Source: Candidatus Aminicenantes bacterium (lineage in GTDB: Bacteria; Acidobacteriota; Aminicenantia; Aminicenantales; UBA4085). From it: DNA of 56,238 nt. The notes beneath the pieces were generated by a model. That model was not told where the DNA came from, ran no database searches, and saw only the letters and a list, made by a program, of their open reading frames with translations. Shown here one piece after another: positions 8,906-18,574 of the stretch. The first letter of the stretch is position 1. Every line of letters starts with the position of its first letter. Both the position numbers and the translations under genes were made by a program. The stretch spans positions 1-56,238 of the forward strand of contig JAFGEN010000136.1 of assembly GCA_016931595.1 (NCBI GenBank). Direction: 5' to 3'.

Positions 8906-10374
8906 TTGCCGGCCTTCGCCCCAAGTTTGACCTTCTCTCCCCCGCTCTGGTCGACCGCATTCTGGACGAGGCCTATTCGATCCTGGAACGGACCGGTGTT
9001 TTCTTTGAAAATCCCGAAGCCCGCTCCCTGTTCCGGGAGGCGGGCCAGGAGGCCGACGAAAAAACCCAGAGGGTCAGGCTCAGTCCCCGCCTGGTCGACC
9101 GATGCCTGGCCACGACTCCGGCGGCCTTCGACCTGTTCGACCGGCAGGGGGATATCTCCTGGCGCATTGGAGGCGATGAAGTCCATTTCGACCCCGGCTC
9201 ATCCGGAACCCGGATTCTCGACCATATAACCGGGAGGGAACGCAAACCCCTAACGGCAGACCTGGTTTCCATCGCCCGGCTAACGGACGCCCTGACCCAT
9301 CTTCATTTCCAGAGCACGGCTCTCGTGCCCTTCGATGTGCCCGGAGAGATCGCCGACGATTATCGCTTGTACCTCGCTCTCCTCTTCAGCGCCAAACCGG
9401 TCGTGACCGGAACGTTCCGCATCGCCGGCTTCGGGCCCATGAGAGACATGCTGGCCGCCGTCCGCGGCGGAGCCGAAAACCTGCGGGCCAAGCCTTTGGC
9501 CATTTTCGACGCCTGTCCTTCGCCGCCGCTTCGATGGAGCCGCCTGACGTCACAGAGCCTCATCGATTGCGCCCGGGCCGGGATTCCGTCCGAATTGATC
9601 TCAATGGGCATGACCGGGGCGACCTCTCCGGCGACAATCACCGGGACGCTGGTCCAGCATGTCGTCGAAAATCTGGCCGGCTTGTGCCTGGCCCAGATCG
9701 CCCGTCCCGGCGCTCCGGTGATTTTCGGCGGTTCACCCTCGAGCTTCGACATGCGCCGGGGAACGTGTCCGATGGGAGCGATGGAGACGATGATGATCGA
9801 CTGCGCTTACGCCCAGCTCGGCAAGCGCCTTCGCCTGCCGACCCATGCCTACATGGCCCTCAGCGATGCCAAGACCAACGACGCCCAAGCCGGGTTCGAG
9901 ACGGGGATCGGGGCGGTGCTGGCCGCCCTGGCCGGGATCAACGTCGTTTCAGGTCCGGGGATGATGGATTATGAGAGCACCATCAGCTTGGAGAAAATGG
10001 TGATCGACGATGAAATCTGCGCCCTGGCCTATCGGCTGATTTCCGGGATCGTTCCACGCGAGGACTCCTTGGCGGAACATCTATTCGAAGACTTTGGGCC
10101 GGAGACGGATTTCCTGAAGTCCGCCCATACCCGGAAATGGTACCGGGCCGAGCATCTTCTGCCCATCGTCGCCGACCGGGATCCTTACGATGCCTGGGAA
10201 GCCAAGGGAGGCCGGTCGATCGCCGACCGGGCCTCCGATCGGGTCAACGACCTGCTGGCGAAAAACACGCCGCCGCTTCCCGACCCGGCCTTAACCGATG
10301 AACTGAGACGAATCATGGCAGCCGACGCGGGGGCCAATGGGGTAACGGATTTGCCGGCCCTTCCTGTTTTTTAG
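8902..10374 (+). CDS. MttB-superfamily methyltransferase, non-pyrrolysine type (quaternary amine:corrinoid methyltransferase candidate)
   Basis: The N-terminus (LSPALVDRILDEAYSILERTGVFFENPEA) and the 490-aa length are typical of the trimethylamine methyltransferase family. There is no in-frame TAG. The GTG at 8902 overlaps the upstream TGA (GTGA). Confidence 0.8.
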   Translation: MIAGLRPKFDLLSPALVDRILDEAYSILERTGVFFENPEARSLFREAGQEADEKTQRVRLSPRLVDRCLATTPAAFDLFDRQGDISWRIGGDEVHFDPGSSGTRILDHITGRERKPLTADLVSIARLTDALTHLHFQSTALVPFDVPGEIADDYRLYLALLFSAKPVVTGTFRIAGFGPMRDMLAAVRGGAENLRAKPLAIFDACPSPPLRWSRLTSQSLIDCARAGIPSELISMGMTGATSPATITGTLVQHVVENLAGLCLAQIARPGAPVIFGGSPSSFDMRRGTCPMGAMETMMIDCAYAQLGKRLRLPTHAYMALSDAKTNDAQAGFETGIGAVLAALAGINVVSGPGMMDYESTISLEKMVIDDEICALAYRLISGIVPREDSLAEHLFEDFGPETDFLKSAHTRKWYRAEHLLPIVADRDPYDAWEAKGGRSIADRASDRVNDLLAKNTPPLPDPALTDELRRIMAADAGANGVTDLPALPVF

Positions 10375-10390
10375 CGAGAGGAGATCCGCC

Positions 10391-11446
10391 ATGCCGAACC
10401 ATGCTTCTTTTTTCCGGACCTTGAGACGGATTTCGGTCGTCGTCCCGGCTTCGGTTTTTCTCACCGTCCTGGTCTTCGTTCCGGTTGCGGGTCGGGACTC
10501 CCCCGCCCTCTCCGGCTTGGATCGCCTCGAAAAGCAGATCCGAAACGCGATCCGGGGCGCCGAAGGCGAGGTCGGCGTGTCCCTTCTTCATGTCGAGACG
10601 GGTCGCGAGCTGGCTGTCAACGGCGACACGCGCTTTCCCATGGCCTCGGCGTTCAAGGTGCCGGTCCTTGTCGAACTGCTGTATCAGGTCAAGGAGGGGA
10701 AATTCGGCCTGGATGAGGAAATCCGGGTGGGAAAAACCGACCAGCATATGGGCAGCGGCCTGCTCTCGGACCTGATCGCTCCCGGCATCGTTCTGTCCCT
10801 CCGAAACCTCGTCAACATGATGATGCTGATCAGCGACAACTCGGCCGCGGATATGCTCCTGTCCATGGTCGGACCGGCCAACATCAACGCCCGGCTGAAG
10901 ACCTTGGGGATTGAGGGCCTTTCGGTCGACCGTCCCTGCCAGAAGCTGATCATGGACTACTTGGGGGTGGACTACGCCGTCTACGGGCATCTCCCCCTTG
11001 ACGAAATCAGGACGGGGGGAGCTTGGACGGCTGAACAGAGAAAAGCAGCCGTCCTGGCGTTCACCGCCGACCCGCAGGACCAGTCCACTCCCCGGGCTAT
11101 GACCACCCTCCTGGCCAAGATTTTTCGACGGGAGATCATCGACCCGGCCTCATGCGACATGATTCTCGGGATCATGAGGAATTGCCAGACCGGTCAAGCC
11201 CGGATTCCTGCTTTGCTGCCCCCGGGAACCCCGGTCGCTCATAAAACGGGGACGATCGCCGGCACGGTGAACGATTGCGGGATCATCGATCTGCCGGATG
11301 GACGGGGTCATGTCGTCTTGACGGTTTGGACGAAAAATTTCCTGGGAGAAACGGAAGCGGTCGAAGCGATCATCGCCGAGATTGCACGCTTCGCCTACGA
11401 TTATTTTTATTTTGTCGACGGGTCGTCCGAACCCGTCAATCCTTGA
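10391..11446 (+). CDS. Class A beta-lactamase-like serine hydrolase (secreted)
   Basis: Motifs SxxK (SAFK), SDN (ISDNSAAD) and KTG (HKTGT) occur in the canonical order. The protein has an N-terminal signal-like segment. The RBS GAGAGGAG lies upstream. Confidence 0.75.
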   Translation: MPNHASFFRTLRRISVVVPASVFLTVLVFVPVAGRDSPALSGLDRLEKQIRNAIRGAEGEVGVSLLHVETGRELAVNGDTRFPMASAFKVPVLVELLYQVKEGKFGLDEEIRVGKTDQHMGSGLLSDLIAPGIVLSLRNLVNMMMLISDNSAADMLLSMVGPANINARLKTLGIEGLSVDRPCQKLIMDYLGVDYAVYGHLPLDEIRTGGAWTAEQRKAAVLAFTADPQDQSTPRAMTTLLAKIFRREIIDPASCDMILGIMRNCQTGQARIPALLPPGTPVAHKTGTIAGTVNDCGIIDLPDGRGHVVLTVWTKNFLGETEAVEAIIAEIARFAYDYFYFVDGSSEPVNP

Positions 11447-14400
11447 TCACGGCCGGAACCGGTATCGTTTCGGCCAGACCGGCTTTTTTCAAGGCCTCGT
11501 TCAACCGGGGAATGTCCGTTTTGATCAGTGCGTTGACCCGGTCCGCCAGGTCGGCGACCAGACGTTCCATGTCGCCGAGCATGTTCATCTGTTCGGCCGT
11601 CGGCCGAGAAGCCGACCACGGCAGGCCTGAACTGATTCCAACCAGAACCTGGTACGGCGTCCCTCCCCGAAGCGATTGCTTCCTGTCGGCCAGGTTGAGG
11701 ATATCCTTGGGCAGGACGGACTCGGCCAAGGGGGCCAACACGGCCTTGAATGCCGCCAGCTCGCGGGAGGCTTCAGCCGCCGCATCCCCCGAGGCCTTGG
11801 CCGCGGCGGCTTCGACCTTGGGCAGCCGGTCGCGAAGGCTTCGGACCGCAGACACGGTCGCGGATAATTTTGCGGTTTGGCGGGACGCCCGGATGACGGC
11901 CCCGACCTGGGCTTCATGAACGGAGGGGTCGAATGGAATCCGTGGATCGGGAAGAAGAACGGCCTTCTGCTCGAGGTTGCGCCCGTCGACCGAAACGGTC
12001 AGGAAATATTCGCCCGGCGGGGCGACCGGGACCCCGTAGGAGGCCGCGTTCGAGGCGATCGCCTTGACCCCTTCGATTTCCGGAATATAGTACAGGTCCC
12101 AAGGCACCCGCTGAAGGCCGGCTGTTTTGGACAGCTTGAATTCGGCCATCAGGCGGCCCTTTGCGTTGTTGACCTTGACCTTCGGCTGTTCCTTGGGCGC
12201 GGTCTTGGAGTAATACGTCAGGCCGAATCCGGCCGGAGGGTTTTTCGCGGCATACGGCGGACGCGAAAACGACTCCCGGACCGACGAGAGGTGGGCCCGG
12301 ATCGCAGGGCGGACACTGAAGAAATGGCCGGCGCTTTCCCAAACCGCCGGCGACATTTCCTGGAGGAATCCGATGTCGTCCATGATCCAGACGCCGCGGC
12401 CGTGAGTCCCGATGATCAGGTCGTTGTCCCGCGGATGGACTGCGATATCATGGACGGCGACGGTCGGCAGGTTGTTCTTCAGGGAGAACCAGCTTGTCCC
12501 GCCGTCGAGAGAAGCGAACACGCCGAATTCCGTCCCGGCGAACAGCAGGTTGCGGTTCCGGACATCCTCGCGGACGACATGGATCCAGCCGAAGGCCGGA
12601 AGGTTGGACGCGATCGATGTCCAGGTCCGTCCGAAATCGGCGGTCTTGTAAAGGTAGGCGCCCATGTCCCCCGTCCGATGGCCGTCGAAAGCGGCGTAGG
12701 CCGTTCCGGGGTCAAAATGGGACGCTTCGATCCTGGAACACCAGCTGCGGGCCGGAAGGCCCGGAATCGCTCCGGCCGTGTTGGTCCAGGTTTTCCCGTC
12801 ATCCCGGGTGACCTGAATGTTGCCGTCGTCGGTCCCGACCCAGATCACTCCCGGCTTCACCGGCGATTCGGCGATCGTCGTGATTGTGCAGTGGCTTTCG
12901 GCCGCCGAGTTGTCGGGGGTGATCGGGCCGCCCGAGTCCTTCTGCTTCTCCGGGTCGTCGGTTGTCAGGTCGGGACTGGCTTTTTCCCAGGTCATCCCCC
13001 GGTCGGGCGAGCGGAGAAGAAACTGGGCTCCGCAATAGACGACCCGGGAGTCATGAGGGGAAAGGTGGATCGGCGAATTCCAGTTGTAACGGTACGGAGG
13101 CTCCGACAGCGGGGCCTGCGGCCGGACGGAGATCGCCTGATTGATCCGCCGGTCGAAGCGGGTGATCCCGTTGCCCTGGGAGTTGGAATAGATGATGTTT
13201 GGGTCCTTCGGGTCCGGCTGGACGAAGAACCCGTCCCCCCCGGCCAGAATGAACCAGTCTTCATTCCGTACGCCTCCGCCGTCAAAGGAGGCGCTCGGCC
13301 CACCCCAGGCATTGTTGTCCTGGAGGCCGCAATAAACATGGTAGGGCGTTCCGAAATCGTAGCCGACCTGGTAGACTTGGGCCGCGTCGATGCTCTGGAC
13401 GGGGTCCCAGGTTCGTCCGCCGTCCCAGGAGATATCGATTCCGCCGTCGTTGCCTTCGATCAAGTGGAGGGGATTGGCCGGGTCGATCCAAAGGGAATGG
13501 TGGTCGGAATGGGTGCCCAGGCTGATGCCTTGAAAATGGGCCCCGCCGTCGCGCGAGACGCTCAAACCGGTGGCCAGCACGTAGACTGTCAAGTCGTCGG
13601 CTGGATCGATCCGGACCTGGCTGTAGTAAAACGGACGATTGGCGACCCGGTTGAAGATTTGCGTCGAACACATCCGCGTCCATGTTTCGCCCCGGTCCTC
13701 CGACCGGAACAGGGACCCGTCGATGGCCTCGACCAGAGCGTAGACGACTCCTGGGGAGGACCGCGATATATCGACGCCGATCCGTCCGAGAAGGCCCTCG
13801 GGAAGGCCCTTGGTCAGCTTCGTCCATGTCTCTCCACCGTCTTTGGACCGGTAGAGGCCGCTGCCTTTTCCGCCGCTCGAGAAAAACCAGGGCAGACGGC
13901 GGTGTTCGTAAGCGGCGGCGAACATGACGCGGCTGTCGGATGGATCGACGGCCAGGTCGGCGATTCCCGTATTCTCGTCGATGAAGAGGGTATTTTTCCA
14001 GGTTTTTCCCCCGTCGATCGTCTTAAAGACGCCGCGTTCCCTGTTCGGGCTCCAGAGCGTTCCCATGGCCGCGACGTGGACGATGTTGGGATCCCCCCGG
14101 TTGACCAGGATTCGGCTGATATGACGGGTTTCCTCGAGGCCCATGTTCGTCCAGGTCTTCCCCGCGTCTTCGGATTTGTAGACTCCGTCGCCGACGGTGA
14201 CCGAATTACGACAGGTCGCCTCGCCCGTCCCGACCCAGACAATGTCCGGATGGCTTTGGGAAACGGCCAGGTCGCCGACCGAGACGGTCGCTTCCTTGTG
14301 AAACACCGGCGTCCAGCTCGTTCCGGCATTGATGGATTTCCAGACGCCGCCCGGTCCGAGCGCGGCGTAAACGATCCAGGGCTGGGACTCAACCGCCTCG

Positions 14401-14543
14401 ATGTCTGTCGTCCGGCCGCCGGGAACGGCCGGGCCGAGCGCCCTCCAGGAGAAGGGTTTGAGCAGGTCGGTCATCTGGGCCGATGTTTGGGCCGAAGCCG
14501 AGGCGGCGAGGATGAAGAAGAGTCCTCTGAGCATGGTGCGCAT
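11436..14543 (-). CDS. Asp-box (BNR) repeat / sortilin-VPS10-like beta-propeller protein, secreted
   Basis: About 10 SxDxGxTW Asp-boxes are present (SEDAGKTWT, TIDGGKTWK, SKDGGETWT, SEDRGETWT, SWDGGRTWD, SPDRGMTWE, TRDDGKTWT, TADFGRTWT and others). The signal peptide is MRTMLRGLFFILAASASA. AAGGAG precedes the ATG at 14543. Confidence 0.85.
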   Translation of the reverse strand: MRTMLRGLFFILAASASAQTSAQMTDLLKPFSWRALGPAVPGGRTTDIEAVESQPWIVYAALGPGGVWKSINAGTSWTPVFHKEATVSVGDLAVSQSHPDIVWVGTGEATCRNSVTVGDGVYKSEDAGKTWTNMGLEETRHISRILVNRGDPNIVHVAAMGTLWSPNRERGVFKTIDGGKTWKNTLFIDENTGIADLAVDPSDSRVMFAAAYEHRRLPWFFSSGGKGSGLYRSKDGGETWTKLTKGLPEGLLGRIGVDISRSSPGVVYALVEAIDGSLFRSEDRGETWTRMCSTQIFNRVANRPFYYSQVRIDPADDLTVYVLATGLSVSRDGGAHFQGISLGTHSDHHSLWIDPANPLHLIEGNDGGIDISWDGGRTWDPVQSIDAAQVYQVGYDFGTPYHVYCGLQDNNAWGGPSASFDGGGVRNEDWFILAGGDGFFVQPDPKDPNIIYSNSQGNGITRFDRRINQAISVRPQAPLSEPPYRYNWNSPIHLSPHDSRVVYCGAQFLLRSPDRGMTWEKASPDLTTDDPEKQKDSGGPITPDNSAAESHCTITTIAESPVKPGVIWVGTDDGNIQVTRDDGKTWTNTAGAIPGLPARSWCSRIEASHFDPGTAYAAFDGHRTGDMGAYLYKTADFGRTWTSIASNLPAFGWIHVVREDVRNRNLLFAGTEFGVFASLDGGTSWFSLKNNLPTVAVHDIAVHPRDNDLIIGTHGRGVWIMDDIGFLQEMSPAVWESAGHFFSVRPAIRAHLSSVRESFSRPPYAAKNPPAGFGLTYYSKTAPKEQPKVKVNNAKGRLMAEFKLSKTAGLQRVPWDLYYIPEIEGVKAIASNAASYGVPVAPPGEYFLTVSVDGRNLEQKAVLLPDPRIPFDPSVHEAQVGAVIRASRQTAKLSATVSAVRSLRDRLPKVEAAAAKASGDAAAEASRELAAFKAVLAPLAESVLPKDILNLADRKQSLRGGTPYQVLVGISSGLPWSASRPTAEQMNMLGDMERLVADLADRVNALIKTDIPRLNEALKKAGLAETIPVPAVIKD

Positions 14544-14666
14544 CGATGATTTCTCCTTTGGGAAAACTCCCAGCCTGGATTATCCGTATGAATCATTATA
14601 GAATACGAAAAACATGAACTCGAGTTTTTCCGCTCCGCCTGATGGCGGATATTCAAGGAGGTTCGG

Positions 14667-16703
14667 ATGAATCCATTTCGCCGCATTTCGAATGTGTCTC
14701 TCTGTCTTTTTATTGCCGGCGCCTTGACGGCGACCGGTCAGACGCCTGCAGCCAAGAAGGCCGCGGGTTTTCGGCTTCCGGCCGAGATCACCGGAGCGAT
14801 GAACGTCCTGGCCGGGAAATACCCCGCCCTGGTCCGGATGGAGGTCATCGGCAAAAGCGCCGGCGGCCGGGATATTCCGATGCTGCGCCTGGCCGGCGCG
14901 GGGAAACCCGAAGGGCGTCCGGCCGTGCTCGTCGCGGCCAATGTCGAGGGCGGGCATGTCATCGGGACCGAAGCCGCCCTCCGCATGGCGGAAAAAATTC
15001 TGGATGGGTATGCCAAGGATCAAACGCTTCTCGATACCCGGACGGTTTTTATCGCTCCCCTGCTCAATCCCGACGGCATGGAGGCATATTTCGCCGCCGT
15101 CCGGACTGGACGATTCGGGAACGGCCGCTCAGTCGACGAGGACGCCGACGGGGCGATGGATGAGGATGGTTTCGAGGATTTGAACAAGGACGGAATGATC
15201 ACCCGGATGCGGGTGAAGGATCCCGAAGGCAAATGGATTCCCGACCCCAAGGAGCCGAGGCTCCTTCGTCTGGCCGACCCGAAAAAGGCAGAAAAGGGTA
15301 TTTTCAAAGTGTACACCGAGGGGACGGACAACGACGGCGACGGCCAATACAATGAAGACCCGCCCGGCGGCGTCCAACTCAATCGAAATTATCCCCACGA
15401 TTTTGAATACTTTGTGAAAACAGCCGGCCTCTATCCGGTTTCCGAGCCGGAATCGATCGCCCTCTTGAACTTCATGGAAGTCCATCCGGAGATCGGGCTG
15501 GTCCTGAGTTTTTCATCGGAAAACACGATCCTCAACCAGCAGCAAACGGCCCAGGCCAAGGCCGGCGGCGACAAGGTCCGGGTTCCAAAAGACCTGGCCG
15601 GATATATCGGCTTGGAAGCCGACCGGGATTATTCCTTGAAGGAAATCGCCGCAGCAGCCAACGCCGCCGGTCTCGGCGGGGGCATGGAAATCACCGAGGA
15701 GATGATCGCCGGCTTCCTAGGCCAGGGTCCGGCCGTCCAGATCGACCAGGCCGACCAGCCGATGTTCGAGGCCGCAGCCAAGGATTACAAGGACATGCTG
15801 AAGACGGCCAAGATGGAGGGACTCGAAAAGCATGCCCGGGGCGTGGGCAAGGGATCGTTCGCCGCCTACGTCTATTTTCAATACGGCGTTCCCGTTTTTT
15901 CGGCCGACCTCTGGCAGGTACCCGAGGCGAAGAAGGAAGAACCCGCCGACAAGATCACGGCCGATAAGCTCAAGGAAATGACCGACGAGCAGTTCCTGGC
16001 CCTGGGCGAGGAGAAAATCGCCGCTTTCCTCAAGGACGTCGGCGCGCCCCCCAACATGACGGCCAAGGTCATCATGGAAGCGGTCAAGGGAGGCAAGCTG
16101 AAAACAGCCCAGATGGCCGAGATGCTGGCGAAAATGCCCAAGAAACCCGGGGCCGACGGCGAGGATCATCCCGACGCCTATAAGCTCAAGTGGTCCGACA
16201 CGGCCCTGAAGGGAACCGGATTCGCCCCCTGGACGCCCTTCAAACATCCGCAGCTGGGGGATGTCGAAATCGGCGGTTTCGCCCCCGACTTCGGCCTCAA
16301 TCCCCCGCCCGAGGAAATGGAGGGGGCCATCGCCGCCCATGTCGACTTTTACCTCAAGCTGATGGACAACCTTCCCGTCCTTGAGATCACAGGCCTCAAG
16401 GCGGAACCGCTCGGCGGAGATACCTACAAGCTGACCGCCCTGTTCTCCAACACGGGGAAATGGCCGACCTCGACCGCTCAGGGCCGAAGGGCTCGCACGG
16501 CCTGGCCGATCCGGGTCAGCTTGGTTCTGGACAAAGCCCAAACCCTCTTTTCCGGACAGCCGACGGTCTCGATCCCCCTCCTCTCAGGCGGGGAGACGAA
16601 GAAACTGGAATGGACAATTCGTGCGGCGAAGGGCTCGAACATTACGGTCAGGGCCTGGACGCCCAAGCTGGGGACGGTCGCTTCGACCGTCGTCATGAAT
16701 TAA
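14667..16703 (+). CDS. M14 carboxypeptidase-like protein with altered zinc-ligand motif (possible pseudopeptidase)
   Basis: This is a paralog of the next gene. It has a signal peptide and an M14 scaffold (GGRDIPML...APLLNPDG). ExxH (NVEGGHV) sits where the partner has HxxE. Acidic DxDxDG-like inserts are present. The RBS is AAGGAGG. Confidence 0.72.
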   Translation: MNPFRRISNVSLCLFIAGALTATGQTPAAKKAAGFRLPAEITGAMNVLAGKYPALVRMEVIGKSAGGRDIPMLRLAGAGKPEGRPAVLVAANVEGGHVIGTEAALRMAEKILDGYAKDQTLLDTRTVFIAPLLNPDGMEAYFAAVRTGRFGNGRSVDEDADGAMDEDGFEDLNKDGMITRMRVKDPEGKWIPDPKEPRLLRLADPKKAEKGIFKVYTEGTDNDGDGQYNEDPPGGVQLNRNYPHDFEYFVKTAGLYPVSEPESIALLNFMEVHPEIGLVLSFSSENTILNQQQTAQAKAGGDKVRVPKDLAGYIGLEADRDYSLKEIAAAANAAGLGGGMEITEEMIAGFLGQGPAVQIDQADQPMFEAAAKDYKDMLKTAKMEGLEKHARGVGKGSFAAYVYFQYGVPVFSADLWQVPEAKKEEPADKITADKLKEMTDEQFLALGEEKIAAFLKDVGAPPNMTAKVIMEAVKGGKLKTAQMAEMLAKMPKKPGADGEDHPDAYKLKWSDTALKGTGFAPWTPFKHPQLGDVEIGGFAPDFGLNPPPEEMEGAIAAHVDFYLKLMDNLPVLEITGLKAEPLGGDTYKLTALFSNTGKWPTSTAQGRRARTAWPIRVSLVLDKAQTLFSGQPTVSIPLLSGGETKKLEWTIRAAKGSNITVRAWTPKLGTVASTVVMN

Positions 16704-16715
16704 GGAGGCCGCACC

Positions 16716-18479
16716 ATGAACAAGAAAACCTTCTTCACGACCATCGGGGCCGCAATGATCCTTTTGACCGGCCTCCTCGGGTTGCAACCCGGTTTACAGG
16801 CGGCTGAAAAGGTCACCCTGAGCTTCGATCACTGGTATGACAACGCGGCGATCGCCAAAGCGCTGATGGACCTGCAGGCCGCTTATCCGCAACTTTTAGC
16901 CGTAACCTCGATCGGCAAATCCGTCCAAGGCCGCGACATCTGGGCGGCCGTCATCAACAATCCCAAGACCGGGCCGGCCGACCGCAAGCCCGGCTACTAT
17001 ATCGACGGGAACATTCACGGAAACGAAATCCAGGGAGGCGAAGTCGCCCTTTACACGGTCAATTACCTGTTGAAGAATTACGGGAAGACGGAATTCGCGA
17101 CCCGGCTTGTCGACCGGCTGGTTTTTTACGTCATTCCGACGATGAATCCCGACAGCCGCGATTTTTACATCCACCAGGCCGCCGACCCCAATTCTCCCAG
17201 GACGGGCTGGTTTCCGATCGACGACGACAGAGACGGCCTCAAAGACGAGGACCCGCCCGAGGACCTGGACGGCGACGGGTCGATCACGATGATGCGAAAA
17301 CGCGACCCGCTCGGCCGCTGGAGGACCAGCCCCGACGATCCCCGCCTGATGGTCCCGGTCAAACCTGGGGAAAAGGGCGAATGGACCATGTTGGGCGAGG
17401 AAGGAATCGACAACGACGGCGACGGCCTGCTCAACGAGGACGGCCCCGGCTCATACGACATGAACCGCAATTTCGGTTACAACTGGCAGCCGGAGTATGT
17501 CCAGGGAGGAGCCGGTCCTTATCCGTTCCGCTGGCCGGAGACCAAGGCCGTCCGAGACTTCATCCTGGCCCATCCCAATATTTTGGGCGCCCAAAGCTAC
17601 CATAACTTCGGCGGGATGATTCTCCGGGGGCCGGGAGCAAAAAACCTGGGCGATTACAACCCGGCCGACATCCGCGTTTTCGACGAAATCGCCAAGCGCG
17701 GGGAAAAGATCATCCCCGGATACACGTACACCGTCGTCTATCGGGACATGTACACGGTCTACGGCGGGACCATCGACTTCATGTACGCCAACCTGGGAAT
17801 CTTCTGCTTTTCCAACGAGCTGGACACGGACCTTGTCGCCGAGATGAGCCCGAAAAAAGAGGGCGAAGACGAGGGCGTCATGGCCATGCTCGGACGGGAA
17901 GAGAACCTCGATGAGATGATTTTCCGGGACAACGTCGAAATGGGCGAACATTACACCGCCTGGAAATCCTACAAGCACCCGCTTTACGGCGACATCGAAA
18001 TCGGAGGAGCCGGCAAGTTCAGCGCCCGAGTCCCTCCCCTCTTCAAGCTGGCCGAGACATGCCACCGCAACGCCGCCTTTTCTCTTTACCACGCCGACCA
18101 GATGCCGGTCGCAGCCTTTGAGGCCATCTCGGTGAAGAAACTCGAAGGCGGCGTCTTTCAGGTCGATGTCCACGTGACCAACGCCAAGATCACTCCGACC
18201 ATTTCCGCCCAGGCCGTCAGCCAGAAACTCCACCGGCCCGACCGGATCGTCGTGGGCGGAAAGAACGCCGCCCTCCTGGCCGTCGGCGAGATACAGGATC
18301 GGTTCCTCGACCGGACCTTTCCGGTCAAATCGATCAAGAACACGTTCGATGTCGACGGAGGGGTTCCAGGGCGCGGCCGGCGGGAATTCCGGCTCCTGGT
18401 CAAAGGATCGGGAGCGGTCACTCTGACCTTCGAATCGCTGAAAGGCGGAACGGCCGAGAAGACGATCGAGCTGAAATAA
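16716..18479 (+). CDS. M14 family zinc carboxypeptidase, secreted
   Basis: HxxE zinc motif (GNIHGNEIQG), VIPTMNPDSRD, SYHNFGG, and acidic DxDxDG-like inserts. The RBS AAGGAGG lies 8 nt upstream. Confidence 0.85.
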   Translation: MNKKTFFTTIGAAMILLTGLLGLQPGLQAAEKVTLSFDHWYDNAAIAKALMDLQAAYPQLLAVTSIGKSVQGRDIWAAVINNPKTGPADRKPGYYIDGNIHGNEIQGGEVALYTVNYLLKNYGKTEFATRLVDRLVFYVIPTMNPDSRDFYIHQAADPNSPRTGWFPIDDDRDGLKDEDPPEDLDGDGSITMMRKRDPLGRWRTSPDDPRLMVPVKPGEKGEWTMLGEEGIDNDGDGLLNEDGPGSYDMNRNFGYNWQPEYVQGGAGPYPFRWPETKAVRDFILAHPNILGAQSYHNFGGMILRGPGAKNLGDYNPADIRVFDEIAKRGEKIIPGYTYTVVYRDMYTVYGGTIDFMYANLGIFCFSNELDTDLVAEMSPKKEGEDEGVMAMLGREENLDEMIFRDNVEMGEHYTAWKSYKHPLYGDIEIGGAGKFSARVPPLFKLAETCHRNAAFSLYHADQMPVAAFEAISVKKLEGGVFQVDVHVTNAKITPTISAQAVSQKLHRPDRIVVGGKNAALLAVGEIQDRFLDRTFPVKSIKNTFDVDGGVPGRGRREFRLLVKGSGAVTLTFESLKGGTAEKTIELK

Positions 18480-18490
18480 TCATAAAACGG

Positions 18491-18515
18491 CCGGGGAGAA
18501 CGCCGTTCTCCCCGG
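18491..18515. terminator. GC-rich hairpin between convergent genes (candidate bidirectional terminator)
   Basis: CCGGGGAGAA-cgccg-TTCTCCCCGG forms a 10-bp stem. On the minus strand it is followed by CCGTTTTAT and on the plus strand by CTCTTTCG. It lies 12 nt after the M14 stop and 60 nt after the protease stop. Confidence 0.45.
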
Positions 18516-18574
18516 CTCTTTCGTCATCGCACGGGGAATCTCTCCCGTCCCGGAATCCCAGGTCCCCTCGAGAT

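Noticed and set aside
8902-10374. Possible pyrrolysine (in-frame TAG) in the MttB-family gene.
   Set aside because: The ORF is uninterrupted over its full length, so there is no amber codon. It is treated as a non-Pyl family member.
11436-11446. Convergent 3'-end overlaps: beta-lactamase-like/Asp-box genes (11 nt) and LOG/VanZ genes (45094-45121, 28 nt).
   Set aside because: Short convergent overlaps are common in compact high-G+C genomes. No extra signal such as a hairpin or conserved motif is visible there.
11877-14549. 890-aa plus-strand ORF opposite the Asp-box protein.
   Set aside because: The translation is Arg/Gly/Pro/Asp-rich and low-complexity, typical of antisense frames in high-G+C DNA. 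The minus strand carries about 10 canonical SxDxGxTW Asp-boxes and a signal peptide.
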